A DNA stretch of 19,499 nt, taken from NCBI GenBank assembly GCA_045046875.1, contig JASFYY010000157.1, positions 1-19,499 on the forward strand. The letters are read 5' to 3'. Position numbers and translations under genes: made by a program. The notes under the pieces were generated by a model that worked only from the letters and a program-made list of their open reading frames with translations, ran no database searches and was not told where the DNA came from. Shown here piece by piece: positions 7,322 to 16,400 of this stretch; position 1 is the stretch's first letter, and each line of letters opens with the position of its first letter. The DNA is from Verrucomicrobiota bacterium. Its GTDB lineage: Bacteria > Verrucomicrobiota > Verrucomicrobiia > Verrucomicrobiales > DEV007.

Positions 7322-7873
7322 CTAACTTGCTTTGCAGCTATCACGCGCGAGCCAGCCTAATCCTGCGCCGAAACCGAAGCCAAAACAAATTCCCCAGGCG
7401 AGTTGTCCCCAGGCGGCGTGAGAGCGGGGGATTGCCACATAAAAAAGCCAGTCGCCGAGGAAATAACCGATGGTGAACAGGGTGAAAACCACGCCAAGGG
7501 CTTCGAGGAATTTGCCTTTTTTTCCGAAAGTGGAGCGTAGCACCAGGCAGAGTGAGGCGGTTCCGAGTAGCGCGCCAAACACTTCCCCATGTTTGCCGTG
7601 AATGGTAAGATAGATCAAGCACCAGCCTGCGGCAAAAGCAAAAAAGGCGGCAAAAAACAGCAGGTAACTTTTCCCCAGCGATAGGCGCCCGCGGACATCG
7701 GGATACAAAGCGAGGCCGCCCAGGGCAAAAAAAGGCAGGGCGCAAGCGAGGTAAAGGCTTGTAGTTGAATTAAACTTTCCAGCGCCAAATACCCAGGGGG
7801 CGAATCCCGCCAGGCCGACTATTGAGAAGCGCAGGCCTGCCATGAGAGTGCTGGATAGGGTGGATGGGTTCAT
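7322..7873 (-). CDS. Integral membrane protein of unknown function (about 6 TM helices)
   Basis: Almost entirely hydrophobic, Gly/Phe/Ala-rich segments ending in WGICFGFGFGAGLGW. The ATG at 7873 (MNPSTLS) is preferred over the TTG at 7900. Confidence 0.75.
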   Translation of the reverse strand: MNPSTLSSTLMAGLRFSIVGLAGFAPWVFGAGKFNSTTSLYLACALPFFALGGLALYPDVRGRLSLGKSYLLFFAAFFAFAAGWCLIYLTIHGKHGEVFGALLGTASLCLVLRSTFGKKGKFLEALGVVFTLFTIGYFLGDWLFYVAIPRSHAAWGQLAWGICFGFGFGAGLGWLARDSCKAS

Positions 7874-7931
7874 TTGGGTTTTATTTTGCTGCGCTTTCAA
7901 GCCGGAATAAAAATTGGGAAGGGGGAATCGC

Positions 7932-8582
7932 TTATTTTATTAGCCCAACATGGCGCAAAGCTTCAGCAGGCGGGCCTTCGAAACTGGCCTGTGGAATGTT
8001 GCCCCGGTAACCGATGTCCTTCATTCCTTCGGGTGTGGTGTAATAAGCTCCGGCGGTGAGATCTCGGAAACGCTTAAAAAAACGAACCCCTTTTTTGTAT
8101 TCGGGCTGGGCTTTTATTGGATCACAAATGTCATCACAGATAGCGGTCTGTTGATCATGATTGAGATCAGCGAATCCTTTTTTAAAACGTAGTAGGGCTT
8201 CCTTGTCGATCCAAGCCAGACCATCCAGCACAGTGCGGCGGTCACCTGCTTGTCCGGGGTAGGGAGAACTGATCCATTCGTCGATGAAGTCGGGGACTCC
8301 GACGGCTGACGCACTGGGAGAGCTGTCATCGGCGGGCATCATCACGTCACACAATGCAGCGGTGGTTCGGCGTTGTTTTTTGTCCAGAGTCAGCGGCCAG
8401 ACATCACCTGGTTGGTAAATTTTTATCATGTCAGGATCGCTGCCATAACCTTTGGCTTTGATGCTTTGACCGTCAGCCGCCACCGATTCGGTATTTGCGA
8501 TCAAGCCTGACCCGGAAGCGGCGAGCATCCACTTGATAGCGAGGCGTCGCTCAATTCGGTTTTGAGGTTGTGAATGATCCAT
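7932..8582 (-). CDS. Gluconate 2-dehydrogenase subunit 3 family protein (Tat 'hitchhiker' small subunit of the GMC dehydrogenase)
   Basis: Twin-arginine-like IERRLAIKW plus hydrophobic stretch. Motifs LCDVMMP.D.SPSA..VGVPDFIDEW, F.DL...QQ.AI.D and FF..FR.LT.GAYYTT.EG.KDIGY.GN are present. It starts 1 nt after the GMC stop. Confidence 0.88.
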   Translation of the reverse strand: MDHSQPQNRIERRLAIKWMLAASGSGLIANTESVAADGQSIKAKGYGSDPDMIKIYQPGDVWPLTLDKKQRRTTAALCDVMMPADDSSPSASAVGVPDFIDEWISSPYPGQAGDRRTVLDGLAWIDKEALLRFKKGFADLNHDQQTAICDDICDPIKAQPEYKKGVRFFKRFRDLTAGAYYTTPEGMKDIGYRGNIPQASFEGPPAEALRHVGLIK

Positions 8583-8583
8583 A

Positions 8584-10386
8584 TTAGAGATTTCCTTTTT
8601 TCATTTCATCAAGCAAGCGGTCGGCAGCCCGCCAGGCCAGTGCCATGATGGTCAGGGTTGGGTTTTTGTCCGCGGTGCTGGCAAAAGGGGCGCCGTCCGC
8701 CATGATCAGGTTTTTCACATCCCAGGTCTGGCTCCATTGATTGGTTACAGAGTCATTTTGATGATCGCCCATGATCGCGCCGCCGACTTCATGAATGATC
8801 GCGCCTCCGGGTTTGATGGCTTTGAGAGGATCTGTTTTCGGCTGCGATGAGAACTTGCCACCCATTGTTTCGAGCAGTTCTCCTATCATCTTTTGCTGTT
8901 GTTTGACCTGGTTGAGTTCGTGCTCCGTCCATTGCCAGTGAAAGCGCAGGGCAGGGATGCCCCATTGGTCTTTCACCTCTGGATCGAGTTCACTGAACGA
9001 ACCTTCATTGGGCATCATCGAGCCCTGTGCGCCGAATCCCAGGCGGCATCCGTAATAACGCCGTGCGTCTTCTTTGAATGATTTTCCGTAGGCATAAGCA
9101 CTTTGTTCGCTGAGCCAGTCAAAGCTGTTGGCAACTCCCATGGTTGGCATGTGGCGACCGGTGGCGAATTCCAGATGGAAGCCGCCGGGGAAATCGAATT
9201 GTTTGGCATTCTTCTGACCGTGGAAAGGCCAGGGAACGTAGGCGTGGGCCTTGCCTGCGCCGTCCTCGTTGTGCAGCGGCATGCCTTCGAATGCCGGAAT
9301 GTGGGCGCTGAAACTGCTGGAGACGGAGTCGGTGATATATCTGCCAACCTTGCCGCTGGAGTTTGCCAGGCCATCGGGGAAGTGTTTCGATTTGGAGTTC
9401 AACAAGAGCCGAACCGATTCCTGTGAGCTGGCGGCGAGAACCACGACACGTGCAGCCACATGGTTTTCCTTGCCAGTGGTTTTGTCGATGAAAGTGATGC
9501 CTGAAGCTTTGCCGTTTTTATCAATAGTGACTTCCCGTGCCATGGCATTAGGCAGGATGTCAAGGTTGCCGGTGGCCAAAGCGGGCTTGAGATGCACGGT
9601 ATGCGAATCGTAGTTAGCTCCAATCGCGCATCCACGGTGGCAATCCGACGCCCAGAAACAGGGGGCTCGCAGGCGCATTGATTGCGCCAGAATACGCTGG
9701 GCTTTTTTATTGCCTGGATGAAGTTTGGCGGGAATGTTTTCTGCATCCTGCGCTTGGGTGAGCACCGCTCGATGGGTGGGGATGATGGGCCAGCCGAGAG
9801 CTTTGCCGTGTTTTTGCGCGTAGAGCTCTCCGACGCGCAGTTTGGGTGGCGGTAAGAGAACTCCCGGTGATGAGTCGGGGGAGTTTTCAATGCCTTCGTT
9901 GCTGCCAAAAACGCCGACCAGCATTTCGACTTTGTCATAATAGGGCGCGACGTCGTGGTAGGAAATCGGCCAGTCGAATCCTGCATCAAAGTGGGTGCGC
10001 GGCTTGAAATCGTAGGGTCCGTTGCGTAGCGATTTTCTTCCCCAATGATTGGTGCGTCCTCCCAGCATTCGCTGGCGCCACCAGCGGAATTTTGATTTCT
10101 CGTCGGCATTGGTGTATGGCTCGCCCGGGATGTCCCATCCGCTGTTGATCGAGCAATCGTGAAATCCATATTGTTTGTCAGGTGTGCGCACTCCCCGCAG
10201 TGGGGCGTGACTGGGCAGCTGTAACATGGCGGATTCACTGGCGGTAAAAAAACGTCCGGCCTCCAGCATGAGAACTTTTACGCCGTCCATGGTCAGGGTG
10301 TAAGCCGTTTGTCCGCCGCCGGCTCCTGAACCGACGATGATGACGTCATAAGAATTCTGGCTTTTATCGGGGGTGATGACAGGCAT
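8584..10386 (-). CDS. GMC family FAD oxidoreductase, large subunit (sugar/glycoside 3-dehydrogenase-like)
   Basis: FAD-binding DVIIVGSGAGG..A..L...G.KVLMLEAG, LGGRTNHWGR, the Cys cluster CFWASDCHRGC (like the 3Fe-4S motif of bacterial FAD sugar dehydrogenases), IIHEVGG.MG and KNPTLTIMAL. No signal peptide. Confidence 0.92.
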   Translation of the reverse strand: MPVITPDKSQNSYDVIIVGSGAGGGQTAYTLTMDGVKVLMLEAGRFFTASESAMLQLPSHAPLRGVRTPDKQYGFHDCSINSGWDIPGEPYTNADEKSKFRWWRQRMLGGRTNHWGRKSLRNGPYDFKPRTHFDAGFDWPISYHDVAPYYDKVEMLVGVFGSNEGIENSPDSSPGVLLPPPKLRVGELYAQKHGKALGWPIIPTHRAVLTQAQDAENIPAKLHPGNKKAQRILAQSMRLRAPCFWASDCHRGCAIGANYDSHTVHLKPALATGNLDILPNAMAREVTIDKNGKASGITFIDKTTGKENHVAARVVVLAASSQESVRLLLNSKSKHFPDGLANSSGKVGRYITDSVSSSFSAHIPAFEGMPLHNEDGAGKAHAYVPWPFHGQKNAKQFDFPGGFHLEFATGRHMPTMGVANSFDWLSEQSAYAYGKSFKEDARRYYGCRLGFGAQGSMMPNEGSFSELDPEVKDQWGIPALRFHWQWTEHELNQVKQQQKMIGELLETMGGKFSSQPKTDPLKAIKPGGAIIHEVGGAIMGDHQNDSVTNQWSQTWDVKNLIMADGAPFASTADKNPTLTIMALAWRAADRLLDEMKKGNL

Positions 10387-10410
10387 AGGGGATCGGGGGG
10401 GAAGGTTGGT

Positions 10411-10462
10411 AAATTAGCGGTCACTATCGAGCTTGTCATCCACTAAATGTATGGGCTAATGT
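10411..10462. promoter_or_regulatory. Putative back-to-back divergent promoters with overlapping -35 boxes
   Basis: Plus strand: TTGTCA (10433-10438), 18 nt, TAATGT (10457-10462), towards the esterase. Minus strand: ATGACA (10439-10434), 17 nt, TAATTT (10416-10411), towards the GMC gene. Confidence 0.45.
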
Positions 10463-10478
10463 GAGCGTAAGAAAAATC

Positions 10479-12455
10479 ATGAAAACCCTCCTTCCTATTT
10501 TATTAATACTGTGCGGTGTCGCTTCCGCTGAAGATCTGACGTGTTTGTCGGAAAAAAAACGCGTCGCGAGTGCTTTGTATCCGCAGCTGCAACGGCAGGC
10601 TTACGCTGCGCTCGATGAACGTCAGGTGGTTTTAGGTAAGCTGGAAACCCCTGAAGACATTCAGGTTTATCAAAAGCGCTTACGTGAGTTTTTTATCACC
10701 AGTTTGGGAGGTTTTCCTGAGCAAGGACCTCTCAATGCCAAAACGGTAGGAACGATCGAGATGGACGGTTATCGAATCGAGAAAGTTATCTACGAAAGTG
10801 TGCCGGGTCATCACATCACCGCGAATTTTTATCTACCGGAAGGGAAGGGGCCGTTTCCGGCGGTGGTTGTTTCCAGTGGACACAGTCGCACGGGCAAGAC
10901 CGCTGATTACAATCAGCGTTTTGCTATCATCATGGCTCAACATGGGATGGCAGCACTGGCCTTTGACCCGATTGGACAAGGGGAGCGCTCGCAAAATCTG
11001 GACGACAAAGGGCAGCCAGCATTCAAGGGGACGACGACCGAACATTTTTTGATGGGAGTGGGGTCGATTCTAGTTGGGCGCAGTACGGCGAGGTATCGCG
11101 TTTGGGATGCGATGCGCTCGATCGATTATCTCGTCAGCCGTCCGGAAATCGACGCGAAAAAAATTGGTATGACGGGTTGTTCCGGTGGAGGCACTTTGAC
11201 CAGTTATACGATGGCGCTGGATGATCGGGTGGCTTGTGCGGCGCCGTCCTGTTATCTCACTACTTTCCGTCGCCTGATTGAAACCATCGGCCCGCAGGAT
11301 GCCGAGCAGAATGTCTTTGGTCAAATTGCCTATGGTCTGGATCAACCCGATTACGTAATCCTTCGTGCGCCTAGACCGACATTGATCAGCACCACGACTA
11401 GTGATTTTTTTGATATCAGTGGTTCATGGGATAATTTTCGCCAGGCTAAGGCGGTCTATGGGCGACTTGGGTTTCCCGAGCGAGTCGATCTGGTGGAGAA
11501 TCCCGGCAAACATGGGGTGCCCAAGGAAAATCTGGCGATGATCGCCCAGTGGATGCAACGCTGGCTGCTGGGTCGGGATGAGCCGGTGAAAGCGGTCGAT
11601 ATACCGGCGCTTCCAGCGGAGCAACTGTTATGTCTCGATTCCGGGCAGGTGTTGCTGATGAAAGGGGAACGTTCGGTGTTTGATCTGAACGCGCAGCATG
11701 AAAAAGAGTTGGCTTATCAGCGGGAGAAGTTGTGGAAGGAAATGCCGAAAAACGAGATGGTGAAAAGAATCCGTGAGAAGGTTGGTATGCACCCAAGCAA
11801 TAATAGGGGTGCCCTGAAGCATGAAAGTGTAGAGCGGGTCGAGCGTGAAGGTTATGCACTTGAAAAGTTAGTATTGCCTGGCGATGATGGGGTGCCGCTA
11901 CCGGTATTGATTTTTCATCCAACCAAGCCCAATGGAGAGGCTTGTGTCTATCTGCACGAAGACGGCAAGGCTGCTGGTGCGGCTGCGGGCGGAGCGATTG
12001 AAAAATTGGTTAAAGAGGGAATGCTTGTTGTCTCGGTGGATCTTCGAGGACAAGGCGAAACAGCAAGTGGAAAACGTGGCGAGCAATTGGGCGATTGGAA
12101 GACCTACTATCTGGCCTATCAACTTGGTCGATTCTTGGTGGGGATGCGTGTTGAGGACACCATTGAGGCAGCGTTTTTCGCGCGCTTCTACAAGGCGGAA
12201 AAGGGAAGCGAGCGACCTGTGCATCTCATCGCCAGCGGACCGACCGGAATCGTGGCTTTGCATGCGGCGGCTCTTAGTCCGGAAATTTTTGCTTCTGTGA
12301 AACTGATCAACTCTCCAAGCAGTTGGGCGTCGATTGTTGGGGAGTCTAATCCGGTCGGTCAGCTCGATTACACAGTTCATGGAGCTCTGGAACTGTATGA
12401 CTTGCCCGACCTGGTTCGACTGATTGGCAAAGACAAGGTGACTTACGAGAAATAG
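10479..12455 (+). CDS. Secreted two-domain alpha/beta hydrolase (acetylxylan esterase-like)
   Basis: Signal peptide MKTLLPILLILCGVASA (ATG 10479). Domain 1 has YRIEKVIYES.PG..ITANFYLP, GH, D.IGQGER, WDAMRSIDYL.SRPEID, the nucleophile motif GCSGGG and APRP. A second degenerate hydrolase repeat follows (DLRGQGET) lacking a GxSxG motif. Confidence 0.85.
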   Translation: MKTLLPILLILCGVASAEDLTCLSEKKRVASALYPQLQRQAYAALDERQVVLGKLETPEDIQVYQKRLREFFITSLGGFPEQGPLNAKTVGTIEMDGYRIEKVIYESVPGHHITANFYLPEGKGPFPAVVVSSGHSRTGKTADYNQRFAIIMAQHGMAALAFDPIGQGERSQNLDDKGQPAFKGTTTEHFLMGVGSILVGRSTARYRVWDAMRSIDYLVSRPEIDAKKIGMTGCSGGGTLTSYTMALDDRVACAAPSCYLTTFRRLIETIGPQDAEQNVFGQIAYGLDQPDYVILRAPRPTLISTTTSDFFDISGSWDNFRQAKAVYGRLGFPERVDLVENPGKHGVPKENLAMIAQWMQRWLLGRDEPVKAVDIPALPAEQLLCLDSGQVLLMKGERSVFDLNAQHEKELAYQREKLWKEMPKNEMVKRIREKVGMHPSNNRGALKHESVERVEREGYALEKLVLPGDDGVPLPVLIFHPTKPNGEACVYLHEDGKAAGAAAGGAIEKLVKEGMLVVSVDLRGQGETASGKRGEQLGDWKTYYLAYQLGRFLVGMRVEDTIEAAFFARFYKAEKGSERPVHLIASGPTGIVALHAAALSPEIFASVKLINSPSSWASIVGESNPVGQLDYTVHGALELYDLPDLVRLIGKDKVTYEK

Positions 12456-12477
12456 CGGTGGGCCTCATCCCGCTATT
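12451..12477 (+). terminator. Hairpin at the esterase stop codon
   Basis: AATAGCGG (12451-12458) / CCGCTATT (12470-12477) form a perfect 8-bp stem with an 11-nt loop. The U-tract is weak. Confidence 0.4.
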
Positions 12478-12504
12478 GACAGGCGGGAAGCGCTCGGCAA
12501 GCCT
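12476..12504 (+). promoter_or_regulatory. Putative promoter for the S8 gene and downstream cluster
   Basis: Consensus TTGACA (12476-12481), 17 nt, weak -10 AAGCCT (12499-12504), 10 nt before the ATG at 12515. Confidence 0.35.
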
Positions 12505-12517
12505 ATTGCCAAGCATG

Positions 12518-12526
12518 CCCCCCCCC
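12518..12526 (+). repeat. C9 homopolymer directly after ATG 12515
   Basis: The sequence reads aagc ATG CCCCCCCCC TTTACTTACCGCC. With C8 the ATG is in frame with the S8 ORF. Confidence 0.85.
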
Positions 12527-12539
12527 TTTACTTACCGCC

Positions 12540-13463
12540 TTGTGCGCTCTTTGTGTGTCCGCGACTTTTGCTGCTGATCACAAACCCGCTCAGTCACCCG
12601 GATTCGAACACGCGCGTATCCCCGAGGCATGGGCAGCTTACGCCGATGTGTTGACCTTCGGTCGAGGCCAGACACTTGCTTTGCTTGACGACGGCTGCAA
12701 GCCGGAGATGCCACAGTGGAAGGCGGTGATCGACGGAATACCAAAAACACGCGTTCGATATGACGCGGTGGATGACGATGACGATGCCAGGCACGAGGGA
12801 CGGGGGTATCATGGTAGCACGATTGGTAATCCATCGTCACTGAATTACAAAGGCAAGCACGGTGTCGCTTTTAATAACCAGATTGCTATCGTCCGCAGTC
12901 TGGAGTGCTGTCATTGCAAAGTCGCTGACAGCGCACCACTCGCCCGCGCTTTACAATGGGTCATTGATCACCACAAAGAACATCAAATTACGACCGTCAA
13001 TCTCTCTCCGGTGGACGACAAGGAACATGCAAAACCTGTCGCTACTGAGATAGATGCCAAGCTCGCAAAGTTGCGTGATCTCGGTATCTGGGTCAGCGCC
13101 CCGGCGGGCAACCATCATTTCACCAAGGGGATTTCGTGGCCTGCATCGCAACCAAATTGTTTTGCCATCGGCGCAGTCAAACCCAGCAAGGATGAAGTCC
13201 ATTTGGATCGTCACCAGAAAGTAGAGTTGGTGGTTCCTGCTGGCGCCACCAGTTCATCCAACGCCATCGTCTGCGGAGCGTCGATGTTGCTGCGCGAGGC
13301 GATTGAAAAATCAGAATACCAATGGGAAAAAGACGGAGCCAATCTGCCCGAAGCGATGATGAGTATTTTTCAGCATACGGGGACGGCGGTTGCTGATCCG
13401 GCCACTGGGCTTACGTTTAAGCGTCTCGATGTGATGGCGGCTTTGCAGCATGTTCTCAAGTAA
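12540..13463 (+). CDS. Compact subtilisin-like (S8) serine peptidase; true start probably ATG 12515, out of frame through the C9 tract
   Basis: Catalytic residues appear in subtilase order: Asp (GQTLALLDDG), His (GYHGSTIG), oxyanion Asn (SAPAGN), Ser (GATSSSNAIVCG), plus VNLS and WPA..PN.FAIGAV. As assembled, the only in-frame upstream start is TTG 12540, in the middle of the signal peptide. Confidence 0.75.
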   Translation: MCALCVSATFAADHKPAQSPGFEHARIPEAWAAYADVLTFGRGQTLALLDDGCKPEMPQWKAVIDGIPKTRVRYDAVDDDDDARHEGRGYHGSTIGNPSSLNYKGKHGVAFNNQIAIVRSLECCHCKVADSAPLARALQWVIDHHKEHQITTVNLSPVDDKEHAKPVATEIDAKLAKLRDLGIWVSAPAGNHHFTKGISWPASQPNCFAIGAVKPSKDEVHLDRHQKVELVVPAGATSSSNAIVCGASMLLREAIEKSEYQWEKDGANLPEAMMSIFQHTGTAVADPATGLTFKRLDVMAALQHVLK

Positions 13464-13483
13464 TCCTCAAACCCTTTTTTTAT

Positions 13484-16400
13484 ATGAAATCCTTACTGAT
13501 CTTTATTTTTGCGTCCACGATCTCGATGTTTCAAGGTTTAGCCGGTGATGTCTTTATAGTTAAAGACGGCAAAACGAATGCACAGATTGTTATCGCAGAA
13601 AAAACTCAGCGAACAACTCGACTGGCGGCGAAGGATTTGCAGGATTACATCGAAAAAATATCCGGGGCAAAATTGGAAGTCGTCACTGAGCCCAGTGATG
13701 CCGTTGAGGTGAAAATCTACGTTGGACGTAGCTCTCATACGGACAAGCTGAATATCACCGCCGACGGTTTGAAATACGGCGCTTACCGTATTGTATCAGG
13801 TGACAAGTGGTTGGTGCTGATCGGCGATGACAGCAACTTTGTTCCCCGTGAGCCCTGGCCACGAAATAACAAGGATGTGCACGGGCGGGTGACCGAAGAG
13901 TGGCAAAAAATGACGGGAGAAAAGTGGGGCCACCCCTTATCACAAGTGTGGAAACGCTACAGTGGAAACAATGGCAGATTTGGAACAGCAGAGGAGGATC
14001 TGGTGGATAAAAACGGCAATGTGAATGTCTGGAGCTATGATGAGCGAGGATCGTTCAATGCGGTCAGTGGTTTTTTGCGAGAGCTGGGGGTGCGCTGGTA
14101 TATGCCGGGGGAAATCGGTGAAGTCCTGCCGCAGATGAAAACCATAGAGCTGGATAAAATCGATGAAACCGTGATCCCCGATTTTGATATTCGTAATGTT
14201 CACCACCGATTTGGCATCCATGATACCGCGATGTGGGCGATGCATTTGGGTTTTCGCGCTGATTATGATTTGACTCATATCGCCCATGGTTTGGCGCTGA
14301 TGACCAATCATAACGAAGATATTCTCAAGGCGCATCCGAAGTGGTTCGCTCTTTATGGTGGCAAAAGGCAAAACAAACCGGAGATGAGGTATAATCACTT
14401 TTGTTATTCGAGTGATGAACTGGTTCAGGAAGCCGCTCGTTTTGCGCGTGCGCAATTTGACCATTTGGGACTGGATATGGTTTCGATCATGCCGACGGAT
14501 GGTTACACCTCGATGTGCCAGTGTGAGTTGTGTGTGGGTAGGGACACCCCGGAGCGTGGTTATCGAGGGCGCTTGTCGGATAATGTATGGGAATTTGTCA
14601 ACCGGGTGGCAAAAGAGGTGAAAAAAACCCACCCCGACAAGATGATCTCATGCTGCGCTTATGGTTCTTACACTTTGGTGCCTGAAAAAATAGACAAGTT
14701 GGAATCGAACATTCAGGTGATCATTGTGGGCGGACGGCGACCAACGAGTAACCAACCCGAACAGCAGCAAGAGCAGCTCAAAATTCGTCAGGACTGGGTG
14801 AAGAAAACAGATAATCCACTCTTGATTTACGAGAATTATCCTTTCACTGATCGTGGGTGGTATCTGCCTTCCTATGTGCCTCATGCGATCGGATCGGGTA
14901 TTAACGCCACCAAAGGCATTTCGAAGGGCGAGGATGTCTGGTTGTCGATTAAATTTGATACTCAATCTCTGGGTTACAATCACTTTCCAGTGTATTTCAC
15001 TCAACGCATGTACTGGGGCGGCAAGGAAAAAGACGTGGATGCGATGTTCAATGAATATTGCATCCTTTTTTATGGGCCTGCAGGCAAGGAGATGAAATCA
15101 TTCTTTGAATACTGCGAAAATAACTGGCAGAAGATGGAGAAGGACAAGGCGATAGCGGACGAGGCACTCGATCTTTTTGAAATAGCAAAAAAATCAGCAG
15201 CTGCCGATTCCATCTATGCACGACGCATGGCTTTGGTTGATGAATACCTTGCCAAGCTCAGGGATAAGAGCAGGCAGTTGGGAGAGAAGCGTGGTCCGGT
15301 GCCGCAAATGCGTCTGATCACCGAAGCCAAATCCGGGGATATCGTATTGGATGGTAAACTGGATGAAGAGATCTGGAATAAAAATCCTTACACCGGGCGC
15401 TTGAGGGAATTACAAACGAGTCAGTTGCCGATATTTGGCACGACTTTCAAAGCGGCCTGGGGAGCTGATGGCAGCATCTATTTTGCTATTCGCTGTGATG
15501 AGCGTAGCGGAGAGCCGTTGAATGTGGGCACGACTAAAAACGGAGACTCGGCGATCTGGTATGGGGATGTGATCGAAATCCTGCTTGAGACCGATTCTCA
15601 TTCGTACTATCAAATCGCAATCAATCCGGCCGGTGCGGTGGTTGACTTGGATCGCAGTGCGCCTGGCAACGCGCGCTTTGCTTGGCATTCACGGGCGGAA
15701 GTGGCGACGCAAGTGGAGGATGGATCCTGGACGGTCGAAGTTCGTATTCCCGTCGTGCAAGATGAAAACGATCCATTGAATCAGGTGATCGGAAGTAAAC
15801 CTTTGAGCACTCTTCCTTGGCATTTTAACGTTTGTCGTCAGCGCTTACGTGGTCAGGATAAGGAGTTTTCGGCTTTTTCACCAACAGGGGCGAGCGGTTT
15901 TCACAAGCCGCTGAAATTCGCCCATTTGTTCAAAGGTTTGTCTCATCAGTTTCCTTTTTCGGCATTGCAAGGGGATTACCTAGTGGATAATAAAGCCGCG
16001 ATCGATCTGATGAAAAAACGCAAGTTCGAGCAAGCTTTGCAAGCTTTTGTGGCGATTGCAGGTAGAGAGGTGTCCGATCTACAGAAGTCAGCGGCTCTCA
16101 AGCAGGCAGCGGGCTGCGCACGCAAATTGAAGGATTATAGACGGGCAGAGGAATTGGCGGAGCAGATTCCGTTGCAAGTGATAGCTAAAACCGCGCAGAT
16201 GGAAAATGGTTTGGCACAACGCAAGTCGAAAGAACTGGTCGAGCAATTTGGTAAGGAGGATATGGAAGCATGGCCGTTTTGGCAGATTGGCGAGGGCGCC
16301 TACCTTCGCGGACAGGCTTATGCTGTTGTGGGTGATGGAACGAGAGCCGAAATGGATTACAAAGCGGCGCTTGAGTTCACCACTGAGCGACAAGTTCGAA

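Noticed and set aside
12487..12496. GAAGCGCTCG, a 10-nt match to the reverse complement of REP copy 2
   Set aside because: It lacks the GTAG end and the full stem and is too short to call a third REP copy.
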